From the NCBI GenBank assembly GCA_048007995.1, contig CP180347.1, forward strand, positions 289,014 to 353,013: a stretch of 64,000 bases of DNA, given 5' to 3'. The notes beneath the pieces were generated by a model, which worked only from the letters and a program-made list of their open reading frames with translations, did no database searches and was not told where the DNA came from. The position numbers and the translations under genes were made by a program. Of the stretch, positions 45,853 through 56,358 are shown piece by piece; position 1 is the stretch's first letter; each line of letters opens with the position of its first letter. This DNA is from Rhodobacterales bacterium (GTDB lineage: Bacteria; Pseudomonadota; Alphaproteobacteria; Rhodobacterales; Rhodobacteraceae).

Positions 45853-47613
45853 ATGAACATACCACAAGATCATGCGTTTTTAGGGGTGGCTGCGTCCTTG
45901 ACAGGGCGTCGTTGGGTTGGGCCAAACGCGCAGGAAGACCGCGCGGCCGAGGCGATGGCGCAGGCGACCAACCTGCCGCCCGCGCTGTGCCGGACGCTTG
46001 CGCGGCGCGGCGTGCCGTCGCAGGAGGCGGCGTTGTTTCTGGCTCCGACCCTGCGCGATCTGCTGCCTGATCCGCGCAGTTTGCGTGACATGGAAAAGGC
46101 AGCCACGCGGTTTTTGCAGGCCGTGGCAGGGCGCGAGCGGATCGCGGTTTTTGCCGATTATGACGTAGATGGCGGGGCGTCTGCCGCGCTTTTGATCGTC
46201 TGGCTGCGGCAGAGGGGATTGCGCGCGACGCTGTATATCCCTGACCGCATCGACGAAGGGTACGGCCCCAATGAACCGGCCATGGCAGAATTGGCTGCGG
46301 CGCATGACCTGATCATCTGCGTCGATTGCGGGACGCTGTCGCATGGCCCGATTGCCGCGGCGATAGGCGCGGATGTGATCGTACTGGACCATCATCTGGG
46401 GGGTGAAACCCTGCCTGCGGCCCATGCTGTCGTGAACCCCAACAGGCAGGACGAAAGCGGTGATCTGGCGCATCTCTGTGCCGCGGGCGTTGTATTTCTG
46501 ATGCTGGTCGAGGCGAACCGGCAATTGCGCCTGACGGGCACGGCGGGGCCGGATCTGATGACGATGCTCGATCTTGTGGCGCTGGCCACGGTCGCCGATG
46601 TCGCCCCCCTGGTCGGGGTGAACCGCGCCTTTGTGCGGCAGGGGCTGGCGGTGATGGCGCGCCGTGCGCGCGTGGGCCTGACGGCGCTGGCCGATGTGGC
46701 GGGGCTGGATGCGGCACCCACAGCCTATCATCTGGGGTTTTTGCTGGGGCCGCGGGTCAATGCGGGCGGGCGGATCGGCAAGGCCGATCTGGGCGCGCGA
46801 TTGCTGGCCACCGATGATCCGGCAGAGGCGCGCGATCTGGCGGATATGCTGGACCAGTTGAACACCGACCGGCGCGCCGTGGAACAGGCGGTCCGCGATG
46901 TGGCCATCGCACAGGCGCTGGCACGCGGCACGGATGGTCCGCTGGTCTGGGCGGCGGGCGAAGGCTGGCACCCGGGCGTCGTCGGCATCGTCGCGGCCCG
47001 GCTGAAAGAGGCCACCAACCGCCCCGCCATCGTGATCGGGTTCGAGGATGGGATCGGCAAAGGATCAGGCCGGTCGGTATCGGGCATTGATCTGGGGGCT
47101 GCGATCCAGCGGCTGGCCAACGAGGGCCTGTTGCTGAAAGGGGGCGGGCACAAGATGGCGGCGGGGCTGAGTGTCGCGCAGGACAGGCTGGAACCGGCGA
47201 TGGCGCGGCTGGCGGAATTGCTGGACAAACAAGGGGCCAGCGCGCTGGGGCCTGCCGATCTGCGGTTGGACGGGATCCTGATGCCGGGGGCGGCGACCGT
47301 CGATCTGGTGACCTTGCTGGATGATGCGGGGCCGTTCGGCGCGGGCGCGCCTGCGCCACGTTTTGCTTTTCCCGATTGCCAGATTCTTTTCGCCAAGCAG
47401 GTGGGCGAAACCCATCTCAAGATCAGCTTTGGCGACGGGCTGGGCACGCGCATCGATGCGATCTGTTTCGGGGCGATGGACGGGCCTTTGGGGCCTGCGC
47501 TGTTGCAGCATAACGGCACCCGGTTCCACCTTGCCGGACGGATCGAAGTCAATGTCTGGCAAGGCCGCCAATCGGTGCAATTGCGCCTTGAAGACGCCGC
47601 CCCCGCGCATTGA
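45853..47613 (+). CDS. recJ: Single-stranded DNA exonuclease RecJ
   Basis: DYDVDG, PDRIDEGYG, VDCG, DHH, TVADVAPL, PRVNAGGR, GSGRS, GGH.MAAG. Confidence 0.96.
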   Translation: MNIPQDHAFLGVAASLTGRRWVGPNAQEDRAAEAMAQATNLPPALCRTLARRGVPSQEAALFLAPTLRDLLPDPRSLRDMEKAATRFLQAVAGRERIAVFADYDVDGGASAALLIVWLRQRGLRATLYIPDRIDEGYGPNEPAMAELAAAHDLIICVDCGTLSHGPIAAAIGADVIVLDHHLGGETLPAAHAVVNPNRQDESGDLAHLCAAGVVFLMLVEANRQLRLTGTAGPDLMTMLDLVALATVADVAPLVGVNRAFVRQGLAVMARRARVGLTALADVAGLDAAPTAYHLGFLLGPRVNAGGRIGKADLGARLLATDDPAEARDLADMLDQLNTDRRAVEQAVRDVAIAQALARGTDGPLVWAAGEGWHPGVVGIVAARLKEATNRPAIVIGFEDGIGKGSGRSVSGIDLGAAIQRLANEGLLLKGGGHKMAAGLSVAQDRLEPAMARLAELLDKQGASALGPADLRLDGILMPGAATVDLVTLLDDAGPFGAGAPAPRFAFPDCQILFAKQVGETHLKISFGDGLGTRIDAICFGAMDGPLGPALLQHNGTRFHLAGRIEVNVWQGRQSVQLRLEDAAPAH

Positions 47614-47644
47614 CGCGGGTTTGGAAAAAACCGTAAATTCCCCC

Positions 47645-47673
47645 TTGCGCGCGCTGCGGGCTTTGCCTAAAAG
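47645..47673 (+). promoter_or_regulatory. Putative sigma70 promoter of tRNA-Glu
   Basis: TTGCGC-N17-TAAAAG; the -10 lacks the -7 T. Confidence 0.6.
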
Positions 47674-47688
47674 CGCGACACCAAGCGC

Positions 47689-47763
47689 GGTCCCTTCGTC
47701 TATCGGTTAGGACGTCAGGTTTTCAACCTGAAAAGAGGGGTTCGATTCCCCTAGGGACTGCCA
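47689..47763 (+). tRNA. tRNA-Glu (TTC)
   Basis: 75-nt cloverleaf GGTCCCT...TCAGG-TTTTCAA-CCTGA...AGGGG-TTCGATT-CCCCT-AGGGACT-G-CCA. Confidence 0.97.
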
Positions 47764-47930
47764 TGGTGAAATTCATCAAAAAATTGTCATAAAATCAATG
47801 TATTAGAGCTGTGGTCGCTGATAATCCTGCGCGCGGATACAGCATTTTTCGATTTTGTGGTCGGTTCGGTTGTTTCGCCCCCTGCCCAGCCGCGCTAGGC
47901 TGGCGCGAAGATGACAGAAGGATTGCAAAA

Positions 47931-48359
47931 ATGACCCTGACCTACCTGCACACGATGGTGCGCGTGAACGACCTCGAGGCGTCGATGGCGTTTTACGCCT
48001 TGCTTGGCCTGCGCGAGACGCGGCGCATCGACAATGACAAGGGGCGGTTTTCGCTCGTGTTCATGGCGCCACCGGGACAAGAGGACTGTCCGGTCGAGCT
48101 GACCTATAACTGGGATGGCGATGACGGATTGCCGTCGGACAGCCGCCATTTCGGGCATCTGGCCTATCGCACCAGCGATATCTATGCTTTGTGCCAGCAT
48201 CTGATGGACAATGGCGTGACGATCAACCGCCCGCCCCGCGATGGGCACATGGCCTTTGTGCGGTCGCCTGACAATATTTCTATCGAATTGCTGCAGGAAG
48301 GCGACAACCTGCCGCCGGCTGAACCTTGGGCCAGCATGGGCAATACCGGCCACTGGTAA
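47931..48359 (+). CDS. gloA: VOC family lactoylglutathione lyase (glyoxalase I)
   Basis: YLHTMVRV, ELTYNW, FGHLAY, PPRDGHMAFVRSPDNISIELLQ. Confidence 0.85.
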   Translation: MTLTYLHTMVRVNDLEASMAFYALLGLRETRRIDNDKGRFSLVFMAPPGQEDCPVELTYNWDGDDGLPSDSRHFGHLAYRTSDIYALCQHLMDNGVTINRPPRDGHMAFVRSPDNISIELLQEGDNLPPAEPWASMGNTGHW

Positions 48360-48381
48360 GGCCGGCACCGGTCAGGTCCGG

Positions 48382-48903
48382 TCAATAGATATAGCGGATC
48401 TGATCGCTCCAATACCGTTCAACTCGGCGGAGTGCGGAGGAAATGCCGTCAAGACCGGCATGGTCCAGCACCTGCCGGTCCAACAGGCCATCGGCATGGG
48501 TGGCAAACAGTTTCGCCACGATCAACCGCACATTGCGCCCTTTTTCGGTCAGGCGCACCCGTACTGACCGGCGGTCGATTTCGCTGCGCTGGTGGTGCAT
48601 ATAGCCAAGTTCGACCAGTTTCTTGAGGTTGTAGGACACGTTCGAGCCTTGGTAATAGCCGCGCGATTTCAATTCGCCTGCCGTCACCTCGTTTTCGGCG
48701 ATGTTGAACAATAGCAGCGCCTGCACCGCGTTGATTTCAAGAATGCCGACCCGTTCGAATTCATCCTTGATCACGTCCAGCAGCAAACGGTGCAAACGTT
48801 CGACCAAGGTCAGGACATCCAGATAGGACGCCATGAAGGTTGCGCTGCGCGCGTCCGTCAAGCCGGATTTATCCTGCTTTCCCAGATTGGTATGAACGCT
48901 CAT
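48382..48903 (-). CDS. MarR-type winged-helix regulator (LdtR-like)
   Basis: VERLHRLLLDVIKDEF, INAVQALLL, GYYQGSNVSYNLKKL, DRRSVRVRLT. Confidence 0.88.
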   Translation of the reverse strand: MSVHTNLGKQDKSGLTDARSATFMASYLDVLTLVERLHRLLLDVIKDEFERVGILEINAVQALLLFNIAENEVTAGELKSRGYYQGSNVSYNLKKLVELGYMHHQRSEIDRRSVRVRLTEKGRNVRLIVAKLFATHADGLLDRQVLDHAGLDGISSALRRVERYWSDQIRYIY

Positions 48904-48960
48904 CCCGCTGCTCCGTCTGCTGTTCTGCAGAGGGTCTAAGGCAAACAAACCAATATAAGG

Positions 48961-49242
48961 TTAATGCGCCGCCGCAGGGCGCGTGACCCCCTGCGCGCCT
49001 GCCGCGATCCGCGCGATCATGTCGGCATAAACATCAGGCACCGCGAATTGCCCGCCGACCCAACCATACAGATCATGGTCGTTTTCGGACAATAGCGCGT
49101 CATAAAGCGCCAGCTCCGCATCATCCATATCCGCCAGATGGCCGGCAGCAAAGGCCGACAGGATCAGGTCCATTTCCTTGATCCCGCGCCGCATCGACCG
49201 CATGTGCAACCGTTTGCGGGTGTGTTCGATGGTTTCTGTCAT
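48961..49242 (-). CDS. sdhE: Succinate dehydrogenase flavinylation factor (SdhE/SDHAF2)
   Basis: RSMRRGIKEMDLIL, ENDHDLYGW. Confidence 0.9.
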   Translation of the reverse strand: MTETIEHTRKRLHMRSMRRGIKEMDLILSAFAAGHLADMDDAELALYDALLSENDHDLYGWVGGQFAVPDVYADMIARIAAGAQGVTRPAAAH

Positions 49243-49634
49243 TATGTCCTGCGCATTGCTGTCTGAAGCTGTTTTTCCACTTGCCCCATCTTGTCAAGCG
49301 TCTGCACCATCTGCGCGCGCAGGCGCCGCATCTCTTGCATCAGGGCTGCCACATCGGCGGGGATTTCGGTGGCATCATCGGGGGCGGCCAGCCCGTCGCC
49401 CAGCCCGGTCATCAACCAGCCCAGCGATACGCCCAGCATTCCTGCCAGCATCTGCAGCCGGTTGGCGCGCGGTTCGCCCGTGTCATTTTCCCAAGATACC
49501 AAGGTTGCGAACTTGACGCCCAGCGACTTGGCAAGGTCTTTCTGGCTCAGCCCTGCGGCTTCGCGCGCGCCTGCCAGCCTGTCGCCAAAGGTCGCGGCCT
49601 CGGGGCTGTACCAATCGCTGTCTGTTTCGGTCAC
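49242..49634 (-). CDS. XRE-family HTH regulator with C-terminal coiled coil
   Basis: TFGDRLAGAREAAGLSQKDLA, SWENDTGEPRANRL; TAATG coupling to sdhE. Confidence 0.88.
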   Translation of the reverse strand: MTETDSDWYSPEAATFGDRLAGAREAAGLSQKDLAKSLGVKFATLVSWENDTGEPRANRLQMLAGMLGVSLGWLMTGLGDGLAAPDDATEIPADVAALMQEMRRLRAQMVQTLDKMGQVEKQLQTAMRRT

Positions 49635-49699
49635 ACGGGACTCCTTGGTTCTTGCTAAGCTTGCTCGCCTCGTCTTATGTCACGGATAGTGCAATTTGA

Positions 49700-50917
<1,218 letters not shown>

Positions 50918-50965
50918 CGCGCAAAGCGGGTGTTCAGCCAAAGGCGGGCGCGCGCTGCGCGCCGC

Positions 50966-50990
50966 GCGGGAGTATTTTGGACAAAGCGAA
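50966..50990 (-). repeat. Dispersed intergenic repeat, copy H (variant)
   Basis: Reverse complement TTCGCTTTGTCCAAAATACTCCCGC with a GCGC-rich tail; between convergent aspC and 2-hydroxyacid dehydrogenase genes. Confidence 0.65.
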
Positions 50991-51052
50991 CAGGCCTTTT
51001 CGGTGCAAAAGGGTGAGCGCATTGCGTGATGGCGTCAGCGGCGGTCGGGGCG

Positions 51053-52006
51053 TTATGACGTGAGGCCCTGCGGCAGCGCGCGCCCTTCGTCCCATGCGAT
51101 GATATTATCCAGCGCCATCTGGCCCATCGCCTCGCGGACTTCCAAGGCGGCTGTGCCCAGATGCGGCAGGATCACGACGTTTTCCAAAGCGCGCAGCGCG
51201 TCAGGCACAATGGGTTCCTTGGCAAAGACATCCAGCCCTGCCCCCGCGATCTGACGCTTTTGCAAGGCGGCGATCAGCGCGTCTTCGTCCACCACATCGC
51301 CGCGCGCGATATTGACGAAAATACCGTTCGGTTTCATCGCGGCCAAGGCGGCCGCGTCGATCAGGCCGGTATTGCTGCCGCCCCCCGGCACGGTGACGAC
51401 GATGATATCAGCCCGCCCCATCAGATCATGCAGGCTGTCCACCTGCTGTGCCGGCATATCCACCATCTTGGGCGAGCGGTTGAAATACAGGACCGGCATA
51501 TTGAACCCGTAAAGACAGCGCCGCGCGACGGCTTGTCCGATCCGGCCCATGCCGACGATGCCTACGGTCTTGCCCGTCACATGGGTGCCCAGCATCTGTG
51601 TGGGCTGCCAGCCGGTCCATTGGCCCGCACGCACCAGCCTTTCGCCTTCGCCCGCGCGGCGGCAGGCGGACAAGATCAGCGTCATGCCGATATCGGCGGT
51701 CGCATCGGTCACGGCACCCGGCGTGTTGGACACGGCGACACCGGCGGCACGGGCGGCGGCCACGTCGATATGGTTATAACCCACCCCGAAATTGGCCAGC
51801 ACACCGCAGCGGATATCGCCGGTGAATGCCGCAGCAGCAAAGCCATCGCCCAAGGTTGGCAGGATCGCGTCGTAATCGCGCAGGGCGGCGGCAGCCTCGG
51901 CCACGGTCAGCCCAGTGGTTTCAGTGCGCAGGGTCACGTCAAACCGCGCGCGGGCAGCGGCAAGCGTTGCCTCTGGCACGCCCCGTGTGATCAGAAGTTT
52001 TTTCAA
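51053..52006 (-). CDS. D-2-hydroxyacid dehydrogenase (glyoxylate/hydroxypyruvate reductase-like)
   Basis: [38 protein letters not shown]; TTG start overlaps the csaA stop. Confidence 0.9.
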   Translation of the reverse strand: MKKLLITRGVPEATLAAARARFDVTLRTETTGLTVAEAAAALRDYDAILPTLGDGFAAAAFTGDIRCGVLANFGVGYNHIDVAAARAAGVAVSNTPGAVTDATADIGMTLILSACRRAGEGERLVRAGQWTGWQPTQMLGTHVTGKTVGIVGMGRIGQAVARRCLYGFNMPVLYFNRSPKMVDMPAQQVDSLHDLMGRADIIVVTVPGGGSNTGLIDAAALAAMKPNGIFVNIARGDVVDEDALIAALQKRQIAGAGLDVFAKEPIVPDALRALENVVILPHLGTAALEVREAMGQMALDNIIAWDEGRALPQGLTS

Positions 52007-52341
52007 TGCAAACGCCCCCCCAAAGGCACATCTTGGTCAGGGCCGACCAGCACGACCGCGCCATCCGCATCGGGCATGCCCAGCACCAGCACTTCGGACA
52101 TGAATTTACCGATCTGGCGGGGCGGAAAATTCACCACCGCCAGCACCTGTTTTCCGACCAGCGTATCGGGGGCATAATGCACCGTGATCTGGGCGGATGT
52201 CTTTTTCTCGCCAATCTCGGGGCCGAAATCGATCCAGAGCTTGATGGCGGGCTTGCGCGCCTCGGGGAAAGCTTCGGCGCGGGTCACGGTGCCGACGCGC
52301 ACATCGACCTTGAGGAAATCGTCGAAAGAAATCTCATTCAT
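52003..52341 (-). CDS. csaA: tRNA-binding / export chaperone CsaA
   Basis: [37 protein letters not shown]. Confidence 0.9.
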   Translation of the reverse strand: MNEISFDDFLKVDVRVGTVTRAEAFPEARKPAIKLWIDFGPEIGEKKTSAQITVHYAPDTLVGKQVLAVVNFPPRQIGKFMSEVLVLGMPDADGAVVLVGPDQDVPLGGRLH

Positions 52342-53149
52342 TGGCCAGTTCCCGCGCGCGGTTGGCGGCAGCGGCGACCGCACGGCGCATCAGGTCGGTC
52401 AGGCCCTTGTCCTTGTCCATCAGCACGTCGAGTGCGGCCTGCGTGGTGCCATTGGGCGATGTGACGTTGATCCGCAATTGCGCGGGATCTTCATCGGCGG
52501 TTTCGGCCAATTCGCCCGCGCCGCCCACGGTGGCCTTGGCCAGATCCATCGCCATCTGCGGCGTCAGCCCTTGGGCGACACCGGCGGCGGCAAGCGCCTC
52601 GATCATGTAAAAGACATAGGCGGGGCCGGAGCCTGACAGGGCGGTCACCGCATCCATCTGGGATTCGTCTTCCAGACGCACGGTCTGGCCCACGGCCCAG
52701 AGCAGCGCCTCGGCCAGATCAAGATCGGCGTCCGTCGTCTTGGCATTGCCGATCAGCGCGGTGATGCCCCGGCCAATGGCGGCGGGGGTGTTCGGCATGG
52801 CGCGGATGATGGGGGTGTCTTCGCCAAAGGCCGCCTCGAACGTGGCAATCGGCGTGCCTGCGGCGATGGAAATTATCAGCGTCTTGCCCGTGCCAAACGA
52901 TTTCACATCGGGCAAGGCGGTCATCATCATCTGCGGCTTGACCGCGATCACGGCGATGGCGGGGCTTTCGGGCAGGGTGCCGCCGATATGGACGCCCTGT
53001 TGTTTCAACCAGTCCGACGGATGCGGATCGATCACCCAGACCGACGTAGCAGGCAGCCCGTTGCGCAGCCAGCCCGCCAGCATCGCCGACCCCATCTTGC
53101 CGCAGCCCAGCAAGACCAGACCACGCACGGCAACTTCGTTCATATTCAT
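52334..53149 (-). CDS. proC: Pyrroline-5-carboxylate reductase
   Basis: [34 protein letters not shown]. Confidence 0.96.
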   Translation of the reverse strand: MNMNEVAVRGLVLLGCGKMGSAMLAGWLRNGLPATSVWVIDPHPSDWLKQQGVHIGGTLPESPAIAVIAVKPQMMMTALPDVKSFGTGKTLIISIAAGTPIATFEAAFGEDTPIIRAMPNTPAAIGRGITALIGNAKTTDADLDLAEALLWAVGQTVRLEDESQMDAVTALSGSGPAYVFYMIEALAAAGVAQGLTPQMAMDLAKATVGGAGELAETADEDPAQLRINVTSPNGTTQAALDVLMDKDKGLTDLMRRAVAAAANRARELANE

Positions 53150-53224
53150 CGGCGGCACCTCTTGTCGGAATTCCAACAGGTTACGCCACGCCAAGGCGAA
53201 GGAAAACCCACCTTGGCGAAATTT

Positions 53225-53728
53225 TCAGGCGCGCCCGTAGGCGCCGGCGATGGCGATTTCCAGTGCCTGTTTGGGGGTCTTTTCGGCCCATGTCACCAGC
53301 TGGATCGCGGGGTAATATTGTTCGCAGGCATTGACCGCCGCACCGATCATCGTGTCGATCTGGTCGGGGCCTGCGACCTGATCGCCCGCCAGCACCAGCC
53401 CGTAGCGGTAGACCATCAGGTTCTGCTCGTCCCACCATGTCAGCGATCCGGCCCACAGCCGGTCGTTGATCGCGTTCAGCGCCTCGTAAAGGGCGGGTTT
53501 GCGCGCGGCGGGGGGGTCCATCTCGAAGGTGCAGATCAGACGCAGGGTTTCGTCATAGGCCGACCAGGCGAGGGTGATCGAATAGGTGCGCCATTGGCCT
53601 TCGACGGCCATGGCGATCTGGTCATCATGGATACGGTCGAATTCCCAGTCATGGGTTTCAGCGATATGTTCGACCAGATCGATCGGATGCAGATCATCGG
53701 CTTCAAAGTAATGTTCGGACAATGCCAT
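53225..53728 (-). CDS. YbjN domain protein
   Basis: HPIDLVE, GQWRTYSITLAW, YYPAIQLVTW. Confidence 0.88.
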   Translation of the reverse strand: MALSEHYFEADDLHPIDLVEHIAETHDWEFDRIHDDQIAMAVEGQWRTYSITLAWSAYDETLRLICTFEMDPPAARKPALYEALNAINDRLWAGSLTWWDEQNLMVYRYGLVLAGDQVAGPDQIDTMIGAAVNACEQYYPAIQLVTWAEKTPKQALEIAIAGAYGRA

Positions 53729-53960
53729 ATGCTTGGCCTCACTGTGTTGGCGCGGGGACTGCGAAATGCCCCTAGCGCTAGCTGCCTGCTCTAGGGGCGG
53801 TAGAGTTCACGTTTAACCCCTACAACATATCGTGTGGCAGGATCGGCCACCTGTAAAGCAGTTTCTTGGGGATAACCCTGCCGTCACGAATATTTCACGC
53901 AGCACGATTGCCAACCGCCGCAGCACCGCACAGATTGCAAGCAACAAAGGAGCCTGCCCC

Positions 53961-54992
53961 ATGAACCTCGACCTGCTGAAACGACTTTGCGAAACACCCG
54001 GCGTGCCGGGCCATGAACACCGCGTGCGCGATCTGATCACATCCGAGATCAAGGGAATGTTCGACGCGGTGACAACCGACCCGATGGGGTCATTGCTCTG
54101 CCGCCGCGACGCCAAGAAAAAAGACGCGCCGCGCATCATGCTGCTGTGCCATATGGATGAAATCGGCTTTCTGGTCAGCCATATCAGCAAGGACGGTTTT
54201 GTGTATCTGCAACCGGTCGGCGGGTTCGATCCGCGCAACCTGTTTTCACGCCGCGTGCTGGTTTGCACCGATCAGGGCGATTTCAAGGGCGTGATGAACC
54301 CCGGCGGCAAGCCGATCCACATCTCATCCGCCGAAGACCGCAAAAAGGTGCCCGAAGTCACCGAATTCTTTGTCGATCTGGGGATGGGCAAGGCCGCTTG
54401 CGACAAGGTCAAGATCGGCGATTTCGTGGTGATGGACGAACCTTTCATCGAGATGGGCAACAAGGTCGTGTCCAAGGCGCTGGACAACCGCATCGCCTGC
54501 TGGCTGGGGATCGAGGCAATCCGCAAACTGGCGAAAAAAGGGCGCGGCGCGGAAATCCACGTGGCCTTTACCTGTCAGGAAGAGGTCGGATTGCGCGGTG
54601 CGCGCACCGCCGCCTATGCGATCAAGCCCGATATCGGGCTGGGCATTGATGTGACGCTGGCCTGCGACACGCCCGGCATCCCCGAAAAGGACGCCACCAC
54701 CACGCAAGGCGCGGGATTCGGGCTACATGTGCGCGATTCGTCCTTCATCGCAGACAAGGCATTGGTCGCGCAGATCGAGGCTTTGGCGATCCGCAAAAAG
54801 ATCCCCTATCAGCGCACCATGCTGGCCGCAGGCGGCCAAGACGGGGCGGCAGCCCAGCAGGCCGCCGCAGGCGCGCGCGCGGTCGGGATCATGGTTGGCA
54901 CCCGCTATATCCACACCGTGACCGAAATGGTCGACAAGGGCGATCTGCAGGCGGCGCTGGATATTCTGGTCGCCTATCTGTCGGAATTTTAA
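53961..54992 (+). CDS. M42 family metallo-aminopeptidase (TET/FrvX-like)
   Basis: PGVPGHE, HMDEIG, KALDNR, QEEVGLRGA, GIDVT, RYIHT; RBS AAAGGAG. Confidence 0.92.
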   Translation: MNLDLLKRLCETPGVPGHEHRVRDLITSEIKGMFDAVTTDPMGSLLCRRDAKKKDAPRIMLLCHMDEIGFLVSHISKDGFVYLQPVGGFDPRNLFSRRVLVCTDQGDFKGVMNPGGKPIHISSAEDRKKVPEVTEFFVDLGMGKAACDKVKIGDFVVMDEPFIEMGNKVVSKALDNRIACWLGIEAIRKLAKKGRGAEIHVAFTCQEEVGLRGARTAAYAIKPDIGLGIDVTLACDTPGIPEKDATTTQGAGFGLHVRDSSFIADKALVAQIEALAIRKKIPYQRTMLAAGGQDGAAAQQAAAGARAVGIMVGTRYIHTVTEMVDKGDLQAALDILVAYLSEF

Positions 54993-55000
54993 CCATCTGT

Positions 55001-55030
55001 GCGGCGGGGGATGCGCCATCCTCCGCCCGC
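55001..55030. terminator. Stem-loop between convergent M42 peptidase and ubiK
   Basis: Imperfect inverted repeat GCGGCGGGGGATG-CGC-CATCCTCCGCCCGC; no clear U-tract. Confidence 0.45.
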
Positions 55031-55125
55031 GCCACGGCCAACGCATAGCGTCAATCACAGCGCGTGACGCATAGACCCCCAGATGCAAAGCGAAAGCCAG
55101 ACTTGGCCTTGCGCCGTGCCGACGG

Positions 55126-55374
55126 TCACTTTGCCTTTTTGGCTTCCAATGCGGCGATCCGCGCTGACAAAGCCTCGTTTTCTTCGCGGGCTTTCTGGGC
55201 CATGGCGCGCACGGCGTCGAATTCTTCGCGGGTCACGAAATCGCGGTCGGCCAGCCAGCGGTCCATCATGGATTTCATGGCCGTCTGCGCCTCGTCCCGC
55301 GCGCCTTGGGCGACACCCATGGCATTGGTCATCAATTGGCTCAGATCGTCGAAAATCTTGTTACGGTTCTGCAT
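55126..55374 (-). CDS. ubiK: Accessory factor UbiK family protein
   Basis: KIFDDLSQLM, DFVTREEFDAVRAMAQKAREEN coiled coil. Confidence 0.88.
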   Translation of the reverse strand: MQNRNKIFDDLSQLMTNAMGVAQGARDEAQTAMKSMMDRWLADRDFVTREEFDAVRAMAQKAREENEALSARIAALEAKKAK

Positions 55375-55441
55375 GGCGCTCTCCAATCCTGTTCAGCCCT
55401 ATATGGGGCCAAGCCGCACCGCAGACAAGCCGCCCGCCCGC

Positions 55442-55470
55442 TTGACATCGCCGTAACCACGCATCACGAC
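55442..55470 (+). promoter_or_regulatory. Putative lgt promoter; probable leaderless mRNA
   Basis: Perfect TTGACA-N17-CACGAC-N6-ATG; the -10 is weak. Confidence 0.45.
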
Positions 55471-55476
55471 TGCGGC

Positions 55477-56358
55477 ATGTTTGCAGCAATTCCCTTTCCC
55501 GATATCTCGCCCGAGATTTTCAGCATCGACCTGTTCGGCATGACGCTGGCCCTGCGCTGGTACGCCATGGGCTATATCGTCGGCATCGCGCTGGGCTGGA
55601 TGCTGATCAAAGCCGCGTTGGGCCGGCCGCATCTGTGGCGCAACGGCGCGCCGATGGACCCCGCGCGGCTCGAGGATCTTTTGACCTATATCGTGCTGGG
55701 CGTGATCGGCGGCGGGCGGCTGGGTTATGTGTTTTTCTATCAACCAGCGACATTCCTTGCCGATCCGGCCAGCATCATCCGGATATGGGAAGGCGGGCTG
55801 TCGTTTCACGGCGGTTTTGCCGGCGTTGTAATTGCGGTCTGGCTGTTCAGCCGCCGCCAGAGCGTGCCGCTACCCGATCTGGCCGATATCATCGCGCTGG
55901 CGGCAACCCCTGCCATCCTGCTGGTGCGGATCGCCAATTTCATCAATGCCGAGCTTTGGGGTCGCCCGACGGATGTACCGTGGGGCGTGATCTTTCCCGG
56001 CGATGCCGCGCAATCCTGTGCCACGGCAACAGCGCCCTGCGTGCGCCACCCGTCACAGCTCTACGAGGCGGGGCTCGAAGGGTTGGTGCTGGGCGCTGTC
56101 TTGTTGCTTCTGGCGTTCCGGTTCGGCGGGTTGAAAAAACCCTGGCTGCTGTCAGGCCTCTTTTTCGCAGGCTACGGGATGTCGCGGTTCATCGTCGAAT
56201 TCGTCCGCCAGCCTGATGCGCAATTCGTCAGCCCCGGCAATCCTCTGGGTTGGGCTGTACAATTTGGCGATTACGGTCTGACCATGGGACAGGTTCTGAC
56301 GCTGCCGATGATTGTGATCGGACTTGTCGTCGTGATGGCGACCCTGCGCCGCAGATGA
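55477..56358 (+). CDS. lgt: Prolipoprotein diacylglyceryl transferase
   Basis: LRWY, GGRLGYV, WEGGLSFHGG, NFINAELWGR, HPSQLYEA, EFVRQPD. Confidence 0.96.
   Translation: MFAAIPFPDISPEIFSIDLFGMTLALRWYAMGYIVGIALGWMLIKAALGRPHLWRNGAPMDPARLEDLLTYIVLGVIGGGRLGYVFFYQPATFLADPASIIRIWEGGLSFHGGFAGVVIAVWLFSRRQSVPLPDLADIIALAATPAILLVRIANFINAELWGRPTDVPWGVIFPGDAAQSCATATAPCVRHPSQLYEAGLEGLVLGAVLLLLAFRFGGLKKPWLLSGLFFAGYGMSRFIVEFVRQPDAQFVSPGNPLGWAVQFGDYGLTMGQVLTLPMIVIGLVVVMATLRRR

Noticed and set aside
55041-55073. ACGCATAG direct repeat between the M42 gene and ubiK
   Set aside because: Only two 8-bp copies, with no boundary or TSD logic; plausible by chance.
56250-56354. ORF-track N-terminal extensions of midA (also carD, nusB, dnaG, soxA, soxB, lgt, M42)
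   Set aside because: They overlap neighbouring genes or promoters; downstream ATGs have RBS or translational-coupling support.
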